This document shows, one piece after another, positions 62,448 through 64,000 of a stretch of 64,000 nucleotides of DNA. The translations under genes were made by a program, and so were the position numbers. Under the pieces are notes generated by a model, which did no database searches, was not told the origin of the DNA, and worked only from the letters and a program-made list of their open reading frames with translations. This stretch comes from Actinomycetales bacterium (GTDB lineage: Bacteria > Actinomycetota > Actinomycetes > Mycobacteriales > SCTD01): NCBI GenBank assembly GCA_036675425.1, contig JAKFFB010000327.1, forward strand, positions 1,250-65,249. The letters run 5' to 3'. How positions within the stretch are numbered: the first letter of the stretch is position 1; each line of letters starts with the position of its first letter.

Positions 62448-64000
62448 TCAGGCGTCGGGGTCGAACGTCGCCGCCATCTGCTCGAAGACCGGGAGCGCGT
62501 CCTCCCAGTCGCCGGCGCGCACCTGCCAGTAGAGGGCGTACGCCGACTCGCCGTCCTCCGCGACCACCCGGCGGTCGACCACGCGCAGCGCGGTCTGGTC
62601 GAAGTAGGTGAACTCCAGGTCGGCGGCGTCCAGCCCCTTGAAGTCGACCTCCTCGAGCCGCAGCTCCTGGTACTGCCCGAGGCTGGCGGCCAGCTGCGGC
62701 GAGAAGCCCTGCCAGTCCTCGATCGCGCTGGGTCCGGGGTCGGTCGTGTAGTCGATGCGCAGCGTGCGGCGTGCCTGCGGGTCGCGGAGCTGCACCTGCG
62801 TGCCGCGGTAGGTCGACTGCACGAAGCCGGGCGGTACGCCGATGCTCCAGCCCTCTGCCTCGTCGACGTAGCGCGTCCAGCCCTCGGGCAGCTCCCCGCT
62901 GTCGGCGGAGGCGCTGGGGGAGGCGTCGCCGCCCGGGGTGAGGGCGTTGAGCCCGGACCTGCCGGGGTCGGTGAGCAGCACGAAGGCGACGATCCCCGCG
63001 CCGAGCAGCAGGGCGAGGCCCAGCAGCAGCGGGGTGCGCGAGCGGCGCTCCTCCGGCTCGGCGGCCGCGGCCTCGCGCACCTCGCGGACGGGCAGCGCCG
63101 TGGTGCGCTCGGACTCCGGCTTGTCCGGCAGCGGGACCGCGAGCGTCGGCGAGGGGTCGACCGACCTCGCGGTCGGCGAGACCGCCACCCGCTCCAGCTC
63201 GCGCTGCGCCTCGGGGATCGACATCCGGGCCTGGGGGTCGCGCTCGAGCAGCCCCTCGAGCACCTTCTCCAGCGGGCCGGACCGCTCGAACGGCTCGTGC
63301 TCCCCGGTCACCACGGCGGTGACGGTCAGCAGCGGCTCGCCGCCGTCGAAGGGCGGCTTGCCCTCGACGGCGGTGAACAGGGTGGCGCCGAGCGACCACA
63401 GGTCCGACGGCGGCGCGGGCGCCTGGCCGCGGGCGCGCTCCGGCGCGATGTAGGACGGGGAGCCCAGCAGCAGGCCGGTGCTCGTGATGCTCGAGTCGCC
63501 GGCGGAGGAGGCGATCCCGAAGTCGGTGAGGACGACCCGCTCGAGCGCGCCGTCGAGGTCGGAGAGCAGGACGTTGCCGGGCTTGACGTCGCGGTGCACG
63601 ATGCCGCGGGCGTGCGCGGCCTCGAGGGCGCCGAGCAGGCACAGGCCGATCCGCGCGGTCTGCTGCGGCGTGAGCGGTCCGTCCGCGCGGACGACCTGGG
63701 ACAGCGTGCGGGCCTCGACGAGCTCCATGACGAGGTACGGCGCCCCGTCCTCCTCGACGACGTCGTAGACGGTGACGGCGCTCGGGTGGTCCAGCCGGGC
63801 GGCGGCGCGCGCCTCGCGGCGGGTGCGCTCGCGCAGCACGTCGCGGTCCTCGTCGGACAGCCCGTGCGGGAAGGTGACCTCCTTGACGGCCACGCACCTG
63901 CCCAGCACGGAGTCCTCGGCGCGCCAGACCGTGCCCATGCCGCCCGTGCCGAGCGGTGAGAGCAGGCGGTAGCGCCCCGCGACGAGCCGTCCTTCGGGTT
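62448..64000 (-). CDS. Transmembrane Ser/Thr protein kinase with a non-PASTA extracellular domain (5' end outside the window)
   Basis: The reading frame continues upstream of the listed Met (...GRYRLLSPLGTGGMGTVWRA). VAVKE, HRDVKPGNVLL, DFGIA and SPSYIAPE are present. There is one TM helix (LLLGLALLLGAGIVAFVLL) and a ~160-aa C-terminal ectodomain. Confidence 0.9.
   Translation of the reverse strand, partial: PEGRLVAGRYRLLSPLGTGGMGTVWRAEDSVLGRCVAVKEVTFPHGLSDEDRDVLRERTRREARAAARLDHPSAVTVYDVVEEDGAPYLVMELVEARTLSQVVRADGPLTPQQTARIGLCLLGALEAAHARGIVHRDVKPGNVLLSDLDGALERVVLTDFGIASSAGDSSITSTGLLLGSPSYIAPERARGQAPAPPSDLWSLGATLFTAVEGKPPFDGGEPLLTVTAVVTGEHEPFERSGPLEKVLEGLLERDPQARMSIPEAQRELERVAVSPTARSVDPSPTLAVPLPDKPESERTTALPVREVREAAAAEPEERRSRTPLLLGLALLLGAGIVAFVLLTDPGRSGLNALTPGGDASPSASADSGELPEGWTRYVDEAEGWSIGVPPGFVQSTYRGTQVQLRDPQARRTLRIDYTTDPGPSAIEDWQGFSPQLAASLGQYQELRLEEVDFKGLDAADLEFTYFDQTALRVVDRRVVAEDGESAYALYWQVRAGDWEDALPVFEQMAATFDPDA

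Overview
This is a high-GC Actinomycetota chromosomal segment. The gene order (ECF sigma/anti-sigma-guaB-guaB3-like, and sucC-sucD...PerM-like-purN-purH) matches the mycobacterial/nocardioform core layout. I count about 62 tightly packed protein genes, many translationally coupled through ATGA/GTGA overlaps. I saw no rRNA, tRNA, CRISPR array, transposase or integrase. Core metabolism dominates: guaB, guaA, purN, purH, folD, sucCD, mdh, monomeric icd, sdhCDAB, trpS, pcrA/uvrD-type helicase and an ATP-dependent DNA ligase. Accessory or unusual content: (1) A cluster of exported hydrolases around guaA (frameshifted S8 peptidase, M14 carboxypeptidase, BNR propeller, S15-type hydrolase, Tat-Rieske lipoprotein). 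Three of these proteins share a roughly 165-aa cysteine-bracketed module that occurs four times, and two share a non-canonical Lys/Gly-rich double-Cys C-terminal tail. (2) A heterodimeric ABC exporter with one fully degenerate ATP site, translationally coupled to an acVLRF1-type (Vms1-like) peptidyl-tRNA hydrolase homologue. (3) A PspC/LiaF - PspC-kinase - LuxR regulator module with a nested palindrome centred exactly between its divergent operons. (4) A sensor-less, ATP-lid-less histidine-kinase-like protein coupled to a NarL-type regulator. (5) A structured leader upstream of an M23 peptidase gene, several long intergenic palindromes, and very short divergent or convergent gene junctions. 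All calls rest on reading the sequence and ORF translations by eye; no database search was run.
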